Shown: piece after piece, positions 1 to 9,438 of the stretch | Layout: every line of letters begins with the position of its first letter | How positions within the stretch are numbered: position 1 is the first letter of the stretch | NCBI GenBank assembly: GCA_004524535.1 | Contig: SDNY01000019.1 | Coordinates: forward strand, 1-40,427 | Source of the DNA: Promethearchaeota archaeon | GTDB lineage: Archaea > Asgardarchaeota > Lokiarchaeia > Sigyniarchaeales > SOKP01 | DNA: 40,427 nucleotides | Direction: 5' to 3' | Made by a program: the position numbers and the translations under genes | The notes under the pieces: model-generated | The model's input: the letters and a program-made list of their open reading frames with translations, nothing else | The model's database searches: none | Told to the model about the DNA's origin: nothing

Positions 1-478
1 CTCTTGGCCGTCCTACGATGAACAACTACTTACCCCAGAATCTGATTTTAAATGGAAGCTTATGAATAATATAATGGACGATATTAATAGCATTAAATTA
101 GCTATGAAAAAAGAAATATTAGAAGATATTTCAATCATTATAGCTGAAGACTGGAAATATAAATTCTATTCTCTCTTAATGTCTTCAATAGAAAAAACAA
201 AAAATCAAGGTGAACTCATGAAAAATATAATGAAAGAGGAGGAGTTAAGGAAACATAGCAAATATATTAGCAAAACCGTAGGAAAAATCTTAAAAAATAT
301 AGGAAAATATACTAAATTTACCATAACTCCTAATGAGGAATCTCAATTCTTCAGCGATATAAAGCCAATTATCGAGAAAAAGTATGGATGCACAGTCAAT
401 ATATATTTTGAAGGAGATTCAAAAGAAACTAAAGCTATTCAAGCTCTGCCAGGAAGACCTGCTTTAATTATTTCATGA
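1..478 (+). CDS. leuS: Leucyl-tRNA synthetase, archaeal type, C-terminal part (5' end outside window)
   Basis: Frame is open from base 2 (SWPSYDEQLLTPE..., typical class Ia anticodon-binding-domain end) and finishes with ALPGRPALII, the archaeal LeuRS C-terminal signature. Confidence 0.8.
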   Translation, partial: SWPSYDEQLLTPESDFKWKLMNNIMDDINSIKLAMKKEILEDISIIIAEDWKYKFYSLLMSSIEKTKNQGELMKNIMKEEELRKHSKYISKTVGKILKNIGKYTKFTITPNEESQFFSDIKPIIEKKYGCTVNIYFEGDSKETKAIQALPGRPALIIS

Positions 479-592
479 AATTCTTATCTGAACCCTAAAA
501 ATTAAATTTTTATATTGTTATATTTTAATTAACAATGTAATTAGAGACATAGTTTTACTTCCCAGAAATCAATTAAATCAATTAATTTAACG

Positions 593-1192
593 ATGCTTAA
601 TTTAAACCTATTAGATCAAATATATTTTTTTAATATTGGAAAATATCAGACAAATGATACTTATTTTGAGTGGAATAATGCATCTCATCATAAATCCAGC
701 ATATTAGATGTGAGAATGACCAGAAATCCTCCAGTTAATAATATTTTTTATAGTATTTTAAAAGTAGATTTAAAAATTGTCTATTTCTTAAAAGATAAGG
801 TTGTGTTTTCAATAGGTTCAAATCCAGAAATTCAATCTCAGTTATTAGAGGCGATTTTAGAATATTTAATAGAAAAATTTTTCTTTATGTTTGATGAATC
901 TTTGCTCTTGACTTGTTATGGAGATGTTAGCAGTATTTTTAATAGTTTTACCTCTGTAGTAGAAAGCACCTTTAAAGATTACGATAGTCTCAACATTATT
1001 AAAACAGGATTAGTTACCTGTAAAGCTTGTAATAAAACTATCCCCGTAATAATAAAAAAGTCGTTAGTTGAAAATTCTAAGAAATCTAACATACCATTGG
1101 TATATAGCCATTCAGGTCATGCAATATTAATTTATTTCGATAAGCAATTCAAAATCAGAGGTAGTGAGCCGGTAGACGTCTCATTAGGTTAA
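593..1192 (+). CDS. Hypothetical protein, possible longin-like N-terminus and C-terminal Zn-binding module
   Basis: 199-aa ORF. C-terminal CKAC...HSGH could bind metal. Fold call is pattern-based only. Confidence 0.5.
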   Translation: MLNLNLLDQIYFFNIGKYQTNDTYFEWNNASHHKSSILDVRMTRNPPVNNIFYSILKVDLKIVYFLKDKVVFSIGSNPEIQSQLLEAILEYLIEKFFFMFDESLLLTCYGDVSSIFNSFTSVVESTFKDYDSLNIIKTGLVTCKACNKTIPVIIKKSLVENSKKSNIPLVYSHSGHAILIYFDKQFKIRGSEPVDVSLG

Positions 1193-1354
1193 AAAATTTG
1201 TTTAATTTAGAGAACAATAAAGGCAATTCTATTATTAAAATCTCTTTGAATTTTTTAGTTATTAACACAAATTAATTTCAATTCGTTTAAATTTATATAT
1301 TTAAATTATATATATAAATAAAATAGATTTATTCAATTCAAGTAATTATTATTT

Positions 1355-2215
1355 ATGACAATTTACAGCATATCAGTAATTACAAGCTCCGGTTATCCTT
1401 ACTATAATAAAGATATCAGAGATTTACCCGAAGGAATTAAGTTATATCAGAGATTTTTTGATTTCACTGAAATTGAAAATACACCTTACAATCCAAACGG
1501 TGCTGTTTTTGAGTTAAATGCTGGGCTTGTCTCTGCGTTATTTGGATTTGCTAAAAATTTAAATAAAGAAATCAGAACCCTTGAGTTTAAATCCGTAAAA
1601 AGAGAAAATGATAAAGAAAATTTAGAAGAGAAAAATAAATATAAAGGAAATGTTTTAATTACTGCTCAAACTGAAACTTACTTGCTACATAAATCTGTTA
1701 GAGCAAAAATCGACCTTATATATAACTCAATTATCTCTCATAAAATTCCTCTCCAATCCGCTGAAATAATCAATGAAAATGAAGAGAAAAAAATTATTGA
1801 TATTTTGACTGATGCTAGCGCAAGAAATCGTGTTAATAATCATAAAAAAGACATACAAAACCTATCAAAAAAGTTTTTAACAGAAACTGGAAAGTATGGA
1901 TTATTTAATATTATCATAACCTCGTTTGATCTAAGTCCTATTGCTGTTTTTGGGGAAAAATACACTTTCAAAGAAATAGAAATAATATTAAGAAATATGG
2001 GGGATATACCAAATATAAGACCTATGGAATGGGAGCATCGCCAGAGCTTCTATAAGGATAATCAACTATGGGTCTATCTTATTAATTCAGCTATAGGAGT
2101 TACGGTCGATGGATTGTTTGAACCTTATTTTTACCTTTTATTTACTGATTTTGAATCTTATCTAGGGGAGTTCCCTGCAAAACTCACAAATAGCTTTAAT
2201 TATATACTTGGTTAA
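1355..2215 (+). CDS. Longin-like domain protein (probably two longin/roadblock-type domains)
   Basis: IYSISVITSSGYPYY...LNAGLVSALFGFAK is the typical longin beta1-beta2/helix1 pattern. A second similar unit starts near LFNIIITSFDLSPI. Confidence 0.6.
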   Translation: MTIYSISVITSSGYPYYNKDIRDLPEGIKLYQRFFDFTEIENTPYNPNGAVFELNAGLVSALFGFAKNLNKEIRTLEFKSVKRENDKENLEEKNKYKGNVLITAQTETYLLHKSVRAKIDLIYNSIISHKIPLQSAEIINENEEKKIIDILTDASARNRVNNHKKDIQNLSKKFLTETGKYGLFNIIITSFDLSPIAVFGEKYTFKEIEIILRNMGDIPNIRPMEWEHRQSFYKDNQLWVYLINSAIGVTVDGLFEPYFYLLFTDFESYLGEFPAKLTNSFNYILG

Positions 2216-2229
2216 AAATTGTCAATTTG

Positions 2230-3000
2230 TTATAATCTAGTTTTATCAGCAGCCTTTATTATAGCGAATAATGAATCTACTTGGAGTGAAGCACCACCTA
2301 CTAATCCTCCATCAATATTTCCTTGTCTAAATAGTTCCTCGGCGTTATTAGGCTTAATTGACCCACCATATTGAATTCTAACAGAATCAGTTGTCTCTTT
2401 ATCGTATCTTTGAGTTAAAAGTTCACGAATAAACGCGTGAATCTCTTCTGCTTGTTCAGGAGTCGCTGTTTTTCCTGTACCTATTGCCCAAATTGGCTCG
2501 TAAGCTATTACTGTTCTTATCATTTCTTCTCTTGTAATCTCTTTAAATGTTCTATCCATCTGAGTTTGGATTATTTCTTTCGTTTTTCCAGCTTCTCTTT
2601 CTTCTAAATGCTCTCCTATACACACTATCGGACTCAAATCCATTGATAATGCTTTTTTAAGCTTTTTATTAATAAGCGCATCTGTCTCTTTGAAAATATT
2701 TCTTCTTTCGCTGTGGCCGAGGATTACATATTCACATCCTATAGCTTTCAAAAAAGTTGGAGAAATCTCTCCCGTATAAGCGCCCTTCTCTTCAAAATAC
2801 ATGTTTTGAGCTCCTAATTTAATATTTGTGCTTTCTAAAATCTCTTTTACGGCATATAGAGCAGTAAACGGTGGAGAGATTACAATGTCAACGGATTGGA
2901 TATCTTTAACCAGTGGTATCAATTGCTTTAACATTTCTGATGCTTCGGCTGGAGATCCCCTATTCATTTTCCAATTGCCCCCTATAATTGGCTTTCTCAT
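2230..3000 (-). CDS. tpiA: Triosephosphate isomerase, bacterial/eukaryotic type
   Basis: GGNWKMN, GAYTGEIS, ILGHSERR, AYEPIWAIGTG, YGGS and LVGGAS motifs. Confidence 0.98.
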   Translation of the reverse strand: MRKPIIGGNWKMNRGSPAEASEMLKQLIPLVKDIQSVDIVISPPFTALYAVKEILESTNIKLGAQNMYFEEKGAYTGEISPTFLKAIGCEYVILGHSERRNIFKETDALINKKLKKALSMDLSPIVCIGEHLEEREAGKTKEIIQTQMDRTFKEITREEMIRTVIAYEPIWAIGTGKTATPEQAEEIHAFIRELLTQRYDKETTDSVRIQYGGSIKPNNAEELFRQGNIDGGLVGGASLQVDSLFAIIKAADKTRL

Positions 3001-3020
3001 TAATAATTACCTCATATAAG

Positions 3021-3233
3021 AAAATTTTACTTAAAAATTGAAATAATTCGTTATATTCAATTAAGTTTTAAACTCTATAAAATTCTAATGAAAATTTATT
3101 AATAAATAGTCTTTAAGAAAAAGTGGAAAAAATTTATTCTTTCTTCGGAAGCTTCTCTGTTAATTTTGTTGCTGTTAATAACTTTTTCACTTCATCCATA
3201 TCAGGAGGTATCACTGCGGGTAATCCTGATTGT
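3021..3233. repeat. Direct repeat copy 1 (213 bp): last ~33 codons of hdrC plus downstream intergenic DNA
   Basis: Ungapped alignment to 5673-5885 (offset 2652) with 16 mismatches by manual count. Confidence 0.95.
3134..3233 (-). pseudogene. Orphan 3' fragment of hdrC (QSGLPAVIPPDMDEVKKLLTATKLTEKLPKKE*)
   Basis: Translates almost identically to the C-terminus of 5786-6289 and has no start. Confidence 0.9.
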
Positions 3234-3234
3234 A

Positions 3235-3312
3235 TTGTACGAAAAAGGATATTATTATATTTATGACGCATATCCACAATATGAGGATTTTGATGGGTGG
3301 AATGAACTCTAA
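3235..3312 (+). pseudogene. Probable 3' fragment of a truncated unknown gene (LYEKGYYYIYDAYPQYEDFDGWNEL*)
   Basis: Open, protein-like frame running from the repeat junction to a stop that overlaps the LRR gene stop. Confidence 0.4.
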
Positions 3313-4919
3313 TTAAAAAGAAGACGATTTATCTTTTTTAGACTTGAAATCGTATCAGGAACTTCTTCAATAGAATTTATCTTTAATCTCAGCACTTCAA
3401 GGGAATTTAATTGAGAAATTACAGAGGGAAATTCATTGAATTGATTTTGGCTTAATTCCAATTCCTTTAGGAGTTTAAGATTACTCATTGAAGACGGCAG
3501 AGAAGTCAACCTATTTTTTAATAAATTTATTTTTTGCAGTTGAGTAAGCTTACCAATACTATCGGGGATTTCATTAAGGTCACATCCTTTTAAATTAAGA
3601 TCAACGATTCTTTTATTAACTATTCTCCTTCTTAGTAAATTTAGTTTAGGGGATAGGTCTAAGAAAAAAGGAATTTCGCTTTCTATTAAGATTTTTTTGA
3701 GGAATTTTTCGCTTTCATAAAATTCTTTTGCTTCTTGTATACCTAATTTTATCAGTTTTTCGAGAAATTTGGGGGCGATATCGAGATACTCTTCTGCTAT
3801 ATGTTCATAATCGATATCTCTAAAAAGTGCAGTGATATCCTCGATGCTATATTCATCTAATACGCCGCGTGTGATCTCATTCGCAATTTCATAAAAATCA
3901 AAATCAGTCTTTATCAAGTTGGCAATTAAATCTTTATATAGCTCTTTTAAATTGGGAGCCCCTAAGTACTTTAAATGTTTGAACAGAGTAAGCGCTTCTT
4001 TATGTTCCATAATATAGTTATAGTCTATCATATCAAATAACATCAATTTATCTTCTCTGTCAAGGAGATGTATCTGTCCGTGTATAATTAGGGATACTAT
4101 TTCTGAATTATTTCCGCTCTTGAACTTTTCGAAGATCCAATCCCTATAAAAGTTCTTAGCATTTGGTGCTTTTAATAATATTAATCTATTAAAGACTTGA
4201 TGACAGTAAGGATCCTCTCTTAAAATTAGACCATAATCAAAATTTTCAAATAAACGATTCAAATCATCACGATTAAGAGCTCGAATGTAGTTACTCTCGA
4301 TTAGGTTTTTAATGACAGGATAATCATAATGGTTAAGACTAAATAGAAATCTGTTTTTATTTATTCTAACTGTTCCTAATCTTGCATAGCAAATATGAAG
4401 ACCAATTAGAATGCCCGGCATTTGTCTTATAATAGATTCAAGATCAAGATCTTCAAATAGAGTTTCGATTTCCTCAGTATTTAAATAATCCAAATAACGC
4501 TCACAAAGTAAAAATTCAATGACAGAAGGGTGTCCACTTTTGACTCTTTTCGCAATCTCATCTTTGAAAACTCTTTTTGCTAACGGATCTCCTATTTGGG
4601 TTAATTTTTTTAATAAGGGAAATGCTAAATTTGAATGAAGGAGTCGAGTATCATAATTATTTTCTACCCATACCTGCAAATTTGAACAATGTACCCAGAA
4701 TCGTGTTTCAGGCGGGATATCTATTGGTAATGAAGGATCCAAATGTTCCGCCATTTCATCTACTGATTCGATATTTTCAAGAAAATCTTCCAATTTATAG
4801 ACAGTTTTCCTTATCAAGACATACTTACACTGAATAAATTTTTTGCCCTCTATATAAATATTAGTTCTACTATTCTCTAATTTCAGCGTGATATACTCAT
4901 TAACCTTAAACTCTCCCAT
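3309..4919 (-). CDS. LRR protein: conserved N-terminal domain, ~70-aa helical repeats, ~4 C-terminal LRRs
   Basis: N-terminal FKVNEYITLKLE...FWVHCSNLQVW...LLHSNLAFPLLKKL is shared with 26160-27533. C-terminal LxxLxLxxNxL repeats. Confidence 0.85.
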   Translation of the reverse strand: MGEFKVNEYITLKLENSRTNIYIEGKKFIQCKYVLIRKTVYKLEDFLENIESVDEMAEHLDPSLPIDIPPETRFWVHCSNLQVWVENNYDTRLLHSNLAFPLLKKLTQIGDPLAKRVFKDEIAKRVKSGHPSVIEFLLCERYLDYLNTEEIETLFEDLDLESIIRQMPGILIGLHICYARLGTVRINKNRFLFSLNHYDYPVIKNLIESNYIRALNRDDLNRLFENFDYGLILREDPYCHQVFNRLILLKAPNAKNFYRDWIFEKFKSGNNSEIVSLIIHGQIHLLDREDKLMLFDMIDYNYIMEHKEALTLFKHLKYLGAPNLKELYKDLIANLIKTDFDFYEIANEITRGVLDEYSIEDITALFRDIDYEHIAEEYLDIAPKFLEKLIKLGIQEAKEFYESEKFLKKILIESEIPFFLDLSPKLNLLRRRIVNKRIVDLNLKGCDLNEIPDSIGKLTQLQKINLLKNRLTSLPSSMSNLKLLKELELSQNQFNEFPSVISQLNSLEVLRLKINSIEEVPDTISSLKKINRLLFN

Positions 4920-4920
4920 C

Positions 4921-4988
4921 TTTTTAAAAAATAATTTTTCTAACTATTCTATGATAGTATCAGAATTCAAAAATTTTAATTTAACCTC
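4921..4988 (-). promoter_or_regulatory. Conserved upstream element of LRR gene (copy A)
   Basis: 31/36 and 20/25 identity in two blocks to 27534-27602. Confidence 0.65.
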
Positions 4989-5102
4989 CTTGAGAATTTT
5001 TCCATTCACAAGTTATTTTACTAATAAGTTATATTTTTTTACTTTGAATTGTATCTTTCTCATAGAAGGAAATATTTTTTTAAATCATATGGGAGAAGAG
5101 AA

Positions 5103-5624
5103 ATGCAAAAAACAATGTCTCAAATTATGAAAAAACTTACAGATGATCCTTTTTGGTTTGATGAGGAAGAAATGCTAGAAGCCATTGAACAATATGGCCA
5201 ACCACTATTAGATTTTTTACTTAATCTAGTGGTAGTACAAGATAGTGGAGAAATATTGTTAAACCGTATTGTTATAGGTTTTTTAATGACATTTTATAAA
5301 GACACACGTCAAACGGTTCTCACCAAAATTAGAAAGAGTCTTCCCAATTTACGTTTTGGAGGTTATGAATGGGGATTTAATGATGCAATTTATTCGATTT
5401 ATGCCACCCTAGGGGGTGAGATACTTCTAAGATGGTTAGATGGATTTAAAGATTTTTATGCAATTACTCTTAGTAAATCTGACATGCCCGACATGCCCCC
5501 TATTGAAACTATTCAGAGGGCAATCTCTGATTGTAAAGATAATGAAAATCCTAACCTTCAAGAAATAATCAAGAGTGTAAAGAAAAAGATTAACGATTTT
5601 TTTAATTCTTTTGGTTTACCCTGA
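5103..5624 (+). CDS. Hypothetical alpha-helical protein (start probably ATG 5103 or 5115)
   Basis: Intact ORF inside the repeat-flanked island. No family recognised. Confidence 0.6.
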   Translation: MQKTMSQIMKKLTDDPFWFDEEEMLEAIEQYGQPLLDFLLNLVVVQDSGEILLNRIVIGFLMTFYKDTRQTVLTKIRKSLPNLRFGGYEWGFNDAIYSIYATLGGEILLRWLDGFKDFYAITLSKSDMPDMPPIETIQRAISDCKDNENPNLQEIIKSVKKKINDFFNSFGLP

Positions 5625-5672
5625 AGAATTATGGTCTTTACTTCTTTTTAATGAAGTCAAATCGTTTAAATA

Positions 5673-5885
5673 AAAATTATACATAAAAATTGAAATAATT
5701 AGTTATATTCAATTAAGTTTTAAAATCTATAAAATTCTAATGAAAATTTATTTATAAATAGTCTTTAAGAAAAAGTGGAAAAAATTTATTCTGTCTTTGG
5801 GAGTTTTTCAGTTAATTTTGTTGCTGTTAATAACTTCTTTACTTCATCCATATCAGGAGGCATCACTGCTGGTAATCCTAATTGT
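5673..5885. repeat. Direct repeat copy 2 (includes the functional hdrC 3' end)
   Basis: Matches 3021-3233. Confidence 0.95.
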
Positions 5886-6289
5886 TCACGTCTTCTTTCA
5901 ATCGCGGGTTGGCTTGGTATGGCTTTACCATGCTCTAATACTGTTGAAGCTTGGCCTGTGTAATGTTCAGGAGCCTCGCCTCTCTCTACACTCATGTTTT
6001 TTAGAATTGTGAAGATCTCCGTCAGTTCTACTTTCTGAGGGCAAACCTCGTCGCATGTGTCGCACACAGTGCAGCCCCAAATGTTAAAAGCGTTTTCCTT
6101 TCCAAATATTTTTTCTTTTAATCCCAATAGGGCATCTAAAATTAGTCTTCTTGGATTATATCGACCTTCTGTAACTAGAGCCACAGGACATGCACCGGAG
6201 CACGTTGCGCATTGATAACAAAAACTTAAAGTTCCTCCAATCTCGTTTCCGAGAATCTGGTTTCGAAATTCAAAATCTAAAGTAGCCAT
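5786..6289 (-). CDS. hdrC: Heterodisulfide reductase subunit C-like 2x[4Fe-4S] protein
   Basis: CYQCATCSGACP and CTVCDTCDEVCP motifs, YNPRRLI, and the HdrC-type C-terminal RREQLGLP. Confidence 0.85.
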   Translation of the reverse strand: MATLDFEFRNQILGNEIGGTLSFCYQCATCSGACPVALVTEGRYNPRRLILDALLGLKEKIFGKENAFNIWGCTVCDTCDEVCPQKVELTEIFTILKNMSVERGEAPEHYTGQASTVLEHGKAIPSQPAIERRREQLGLPAVMPPDMDEVKKLLTATKLTEKLPKTE

Positions 6290-6458
6290 TTTAATAATAT
6301 TAATAATTTTTATTAATTAATGTAATGAATTATTTTTGAATTTTAAAATTATTTCTTTTCAATTTTTAATATCCTTATTTTAAATAAATAAAAAGAATAA
6401 AAGTGAGAAAACACTTAAATGAATTATAAATCTATTAACAATTTTAAGTGAATATTAA

Positions 6459-6803
6459 ATGAATATTGAAGAACTGAAGTCAGTCGGAATTGATGCCCCT
6501 GCGGAAGGGAAGCTTTTGATTGATGTGTATACTAATTGGTGCGGACCATGCAAATTTGTTGCTCCTATCCTTCATAAACTTAGGGATGAAGGGCTTATAA
6601 AACTCATTCAAGTTGATCTTGATCAAAATCGTCCTTTAGGTGAAAAGTTTGGAATAACGGCTATCCCTACATTATTATTTTTCAAAGACGGTGAACTTTT
6701 GAATGGCATTATTGAGATCCAAGGACAGCAGCTTGTAAAAGATGGAATAATGGTTGGAGCTGCTGGAGAAGCAATTCTCCGTGAGATCATTAATAAAATG
6801 TAA
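6459..6803 (+). CDS. trxA: Thioredoxin
   Basis: WCGPC active site and IPTLLFFKDG. Confidence 0.92.
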   Translation: MNIEELKSVGIDAPAEGKLLIDVYTNWCGPCKFVAPILHKLRDEGLIKLIQVDLDQNRPLGEKFGITAIPTLLFFKDGELLNGIIEIQGQQLVKDGIMVGAAGEAILREIINKM

Positions 6804-6995
6804 ATTAGAAGATTTCTTATTTTAAATTTATTTTTTCTATTTTGAAATTTAATGAAATATTAAATTGTATGAAGATTTATTAGAAGAAATCTTTTTAGAT
6901 TAGATATTTATAATATTTTTAATTAGATTAAAAGCTTTAAAACTGATCGTTATTTTACATTTATAATTTAATATAATTAACAATAATAATCGATT

Positions 6996-7505
6996 ATGAG
7001 CTATACAAGAAGTGATCTTTTCTTAGCAGAAGCAGCAATGAACCAAATGCGTAATAGCATCTATTTTCTTGCCCGTCTTATGGAAAAAAAGGGGAATATA
7101 GATATCATTGGAAGATTAAGAACTATGGGGCGCAATATTGCAAGAACTTTTATTAAATATTGGAAGCCAATAGAAATAGTAAATGGATCAAATATAAAAG
7201 ATGTTTTACAAACAATTTATCAAAAAATAGTAAATAGCTCTATTTCAATCGAAGTCAACAGTGAAGAGAAGATAATTATAATTAAAGATTATAAATGTTC
7301 ACTCTGTAAATATAATTACAAGGATATTAATATTGCAGGGTGCGAAATATTATTAGGATTAGTATCTGAACTTATTTTCCTTATAAATAATGAATTAAAA
7401 GATCCTTCGATCATTTTCTTGGAACCATATAAAGTTGAAGAATCAAGGGCCCGTGGAGATAATTTATGCTTACACGTTTTTAAATATAAAATAGGAGGTT
7501 CTTGA
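6996..7505 (+). CDS. V4R/Bet3(TRAPP)-like domain protein
   Basis: GRNIARTF helix, CSLC, GCEILLG and SRARGDNLCLHVF match the V4R pattern. Confidence 0.6.
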   Translation: MSYTRSDLFLAEAAMNQMRNSIYFLARLMEKKGNIDIIGRLRTMGRNIARTFIKYWKPIEIVNGSNIKDVLQTIYQKIVNSSISIEVNSEEKIIIIKDYKCSLCKYNYKDINIAGCEILLGLVSELIFLINNELKDPSIIFLEPYKVEESRARGDNLCLHVFKYKIGGS

Positions 7506-7509
7506 ACTC

Positions 7510-8961
7510 ATGGGGGCATTTCAATGGTTGATGAAGAAGATACTGGGGGCTTTTGGTCGAAATACTAATAGTTTATTTTATCAATTACTTTATCGTGAAA
7601 TCCTCAAAGAAATTAACGAGATTATTAAGGATGAAGAAGAAAGTATTAGTATTTTAAGAGAAATTTGTAAAAGAGCTGCTTTTGAATCTTGCGAACGACA
7701 TTCTAGCATTTTCAAGTTTATGCCTGGGAACCCGAAAAAAGTATTAACCTACTTCGAAATTTTATTCTCAATAGTCCTCGGAATGAATATGGGTGAATAT
7801 GATTTCGAGGAAATCCCAAAGGAAGGTGCAAAATACAATGATTACGTTTTAAACGTTACAGTTAATCCGATTTGTGCAGGATATGGAGATGATGCAGAAG
7901 ATACCTTTGATTTCAGCAAATTAAGTAAAGAGGTTGAGGGTTGTTCGGCAGGTTTGTGTGGTATGCTTGAAACTGTAGCAAACTTTATCCTAAAAGTAAA
8001 AAAGAACGATTTTCGCATAGGAATCACAGAAACGAAGTGCCTTATGAAAGGTGATGAATACTTACAAATTTATTGTAAAGTATATGATTTTAGAGAATGG
8101 AAAGAATTTCTGGATTCTAAACCAGAAATTAAATATTTCGAAGAAATCTTAGAGGAAGAAATTCATGAAGAGGCCAAATTAGATCTTATTGATAAATTAC
8201 AAGAAACTTTTTCTTTAGACAAATTGGATGATTTATTGGATGAACCTCTTGAAAGCATTAAAGAGAAAGTTGCTGAACTTATTAGAGATAAATTAAACAT
8301 GGAACCTAATCATTTCTTTGACTATTTCAGAAATTACGAGGATGATATGATTAGAATTGTTGGATTTTTAGCTGTTCATCTGATGAATGAGTATGGAGGT
8401 CTTGTGGAGAAATCATTAAGTAGCGATTTCACAGCTAAAATAATAGGTTATTTTTTTAAACATCTTAAAGAGATGACTTTACTATTTATACCCTTAGATG
8501 TGATTCGTGATTATAATGAATTATTTGTAAGTTTTTTGGAAGGACTAGCTCCTGTCGAAATGGTCGATAATGTTAGACAAATTACAGGAAAAGATACCAT
8601 AAACTATATTTTTGAAGGTTCTGAAATGGCATTAGAAAATTTAGGTATTGAATTTTCAGAGTTAAAGGAAAATGTATGGGAAGAACTGAAAAAAGAAAGG
8701 GAAGATGGATTAATTTCGGCAGAGCAATCAACGATGGAAAAAACCAGAGAAAACTTCCCGAAGATAATTAACATCCTTCAAGAACTTCTGATGATATTCA
8801 ACGAAATTATGACTCTGCCTATAAGAGTATTGATCTCTGAGAGCCATTATGGATTAAAAACAGCGATAAATTCAGTCGCTTCTGAAGAAGAGGGGCTTTA
8901 TGGCTCATTAAGAGAACGATTCGATAATATTTTTGATCAAATCCAAGAAATAAGGAAATAA
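7510..8961 (+). CDS. Protein with N-terminal V4R-like domain and long acidic helical C-terminus
   Basis: NPIC...CSAGLCGMLE...ETKCLMKGDEYLQIY resembles V4R. Lies 4 bp after the previous gene. Confidence 0.55.
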   Translation: MGAFQWLMKKILGAFGRNTNSLFYQLLYREILKEINEIIKDEEESISILREICKRAAFESCERHSSIFKFMPGNPKKVLTYFEILFSIVLGMNMGEYDFEEIPKEGAKYNDYVLNVTVNPICAGYGDDAEDTFDFSKLSKEVEGCSAGLCGMLETVANFILKVKKNDFRIGITETKCLMKGDEYLQIYCKVYDFREWKEFLDSKPEIKYFEEILEEEIHEEAKLDLIDKLQETFSLDKLDDLLDEPLESIKEKVAELIRDKLNMEPNHFFDYFRNYEDDMIRIVGFLAVHLMNEYGGLVEKSLSSDFTAKIIGYFFKHLKEMTLLFIPLDVIRDYNELFVSFLEGLAPVEMVDNVRQITGKDTINYIFEGSEMALENLGIEFSELKENVWEELKKEREDGLISAEQSTMEKTRENFPKIINILQELLMIFNEIMTLPIRVLISESHYGLKTAINSVASEEEGLYGSLRERFDNIFDQIQEIRK

Positions 8962-8976
8962 TATTAAAAATTCTTA

Positions 8977-9420
8977 TTATTTTAACTTTTTACGCATTAC
9001 AAAGTGCTCAATCTCATCAAAAAGAAGGGGACCTTCTCCAATTATTACATAGTCAAGCTTTTCAAAAAATTCTTTTGCCGTTTTTCTGGCATTCAACATA
9101 ATGCTGGAGACTCCAAGACTTAGCGCGAATCCTTCAATGTATCGAATTAATTTAGTTGCAATTCTTTTTTTTCGGTATTCTTTTTCAACTGCAATATATC
9201 TTAATTGTCCTTCCTTTTCGCTATTTTTATGAAAGCGAGCAGTGGCTACAATTTTATTATTTAAAATAACAATGAAAGGATATGACTCATTTTCGAGGTC
9301 ATCTTTTTCTGATCCTCTTGGCTGATTCCAAGGCTTTCTTAACACTCTCCATCTCAAATCATACATATACGAATAATCTTCTTTAGAGAGTGGTCGTTGA
9401 ATTATTAGAGGTTCCTCCAT
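8977..9420 (-). CDS. GNAT family N-acetyltransferase
   Basis: LRYIAVEKEYRKKRIATKLI (motif A) and LNARKTAKEFFEKLDY. Confidence 0.9.
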   Translation of the reverse strand: MEEPLIIQRPLSKEDYSYMYDLRWRVLRKPWNQPRGSEKDDLENESYPFIVILNNKIVATARFHKNSEKEGQLRYIAVEKEYRKKRIATKLIRYIEGFALSLGVSSIMLNARKTAKEFFEKLDYVIIGEGPLLFDEIEHFVMRKKLK

Positions 9421-9438
9421 TTAAAAAATCCCATAATT

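Noticed and set aside
3021-5885. Calling the repeat-flanked island an IS, transposon or provirus
   Set aside because: There are no transposase, integrase or viral genes and no terminal inverted repeats.
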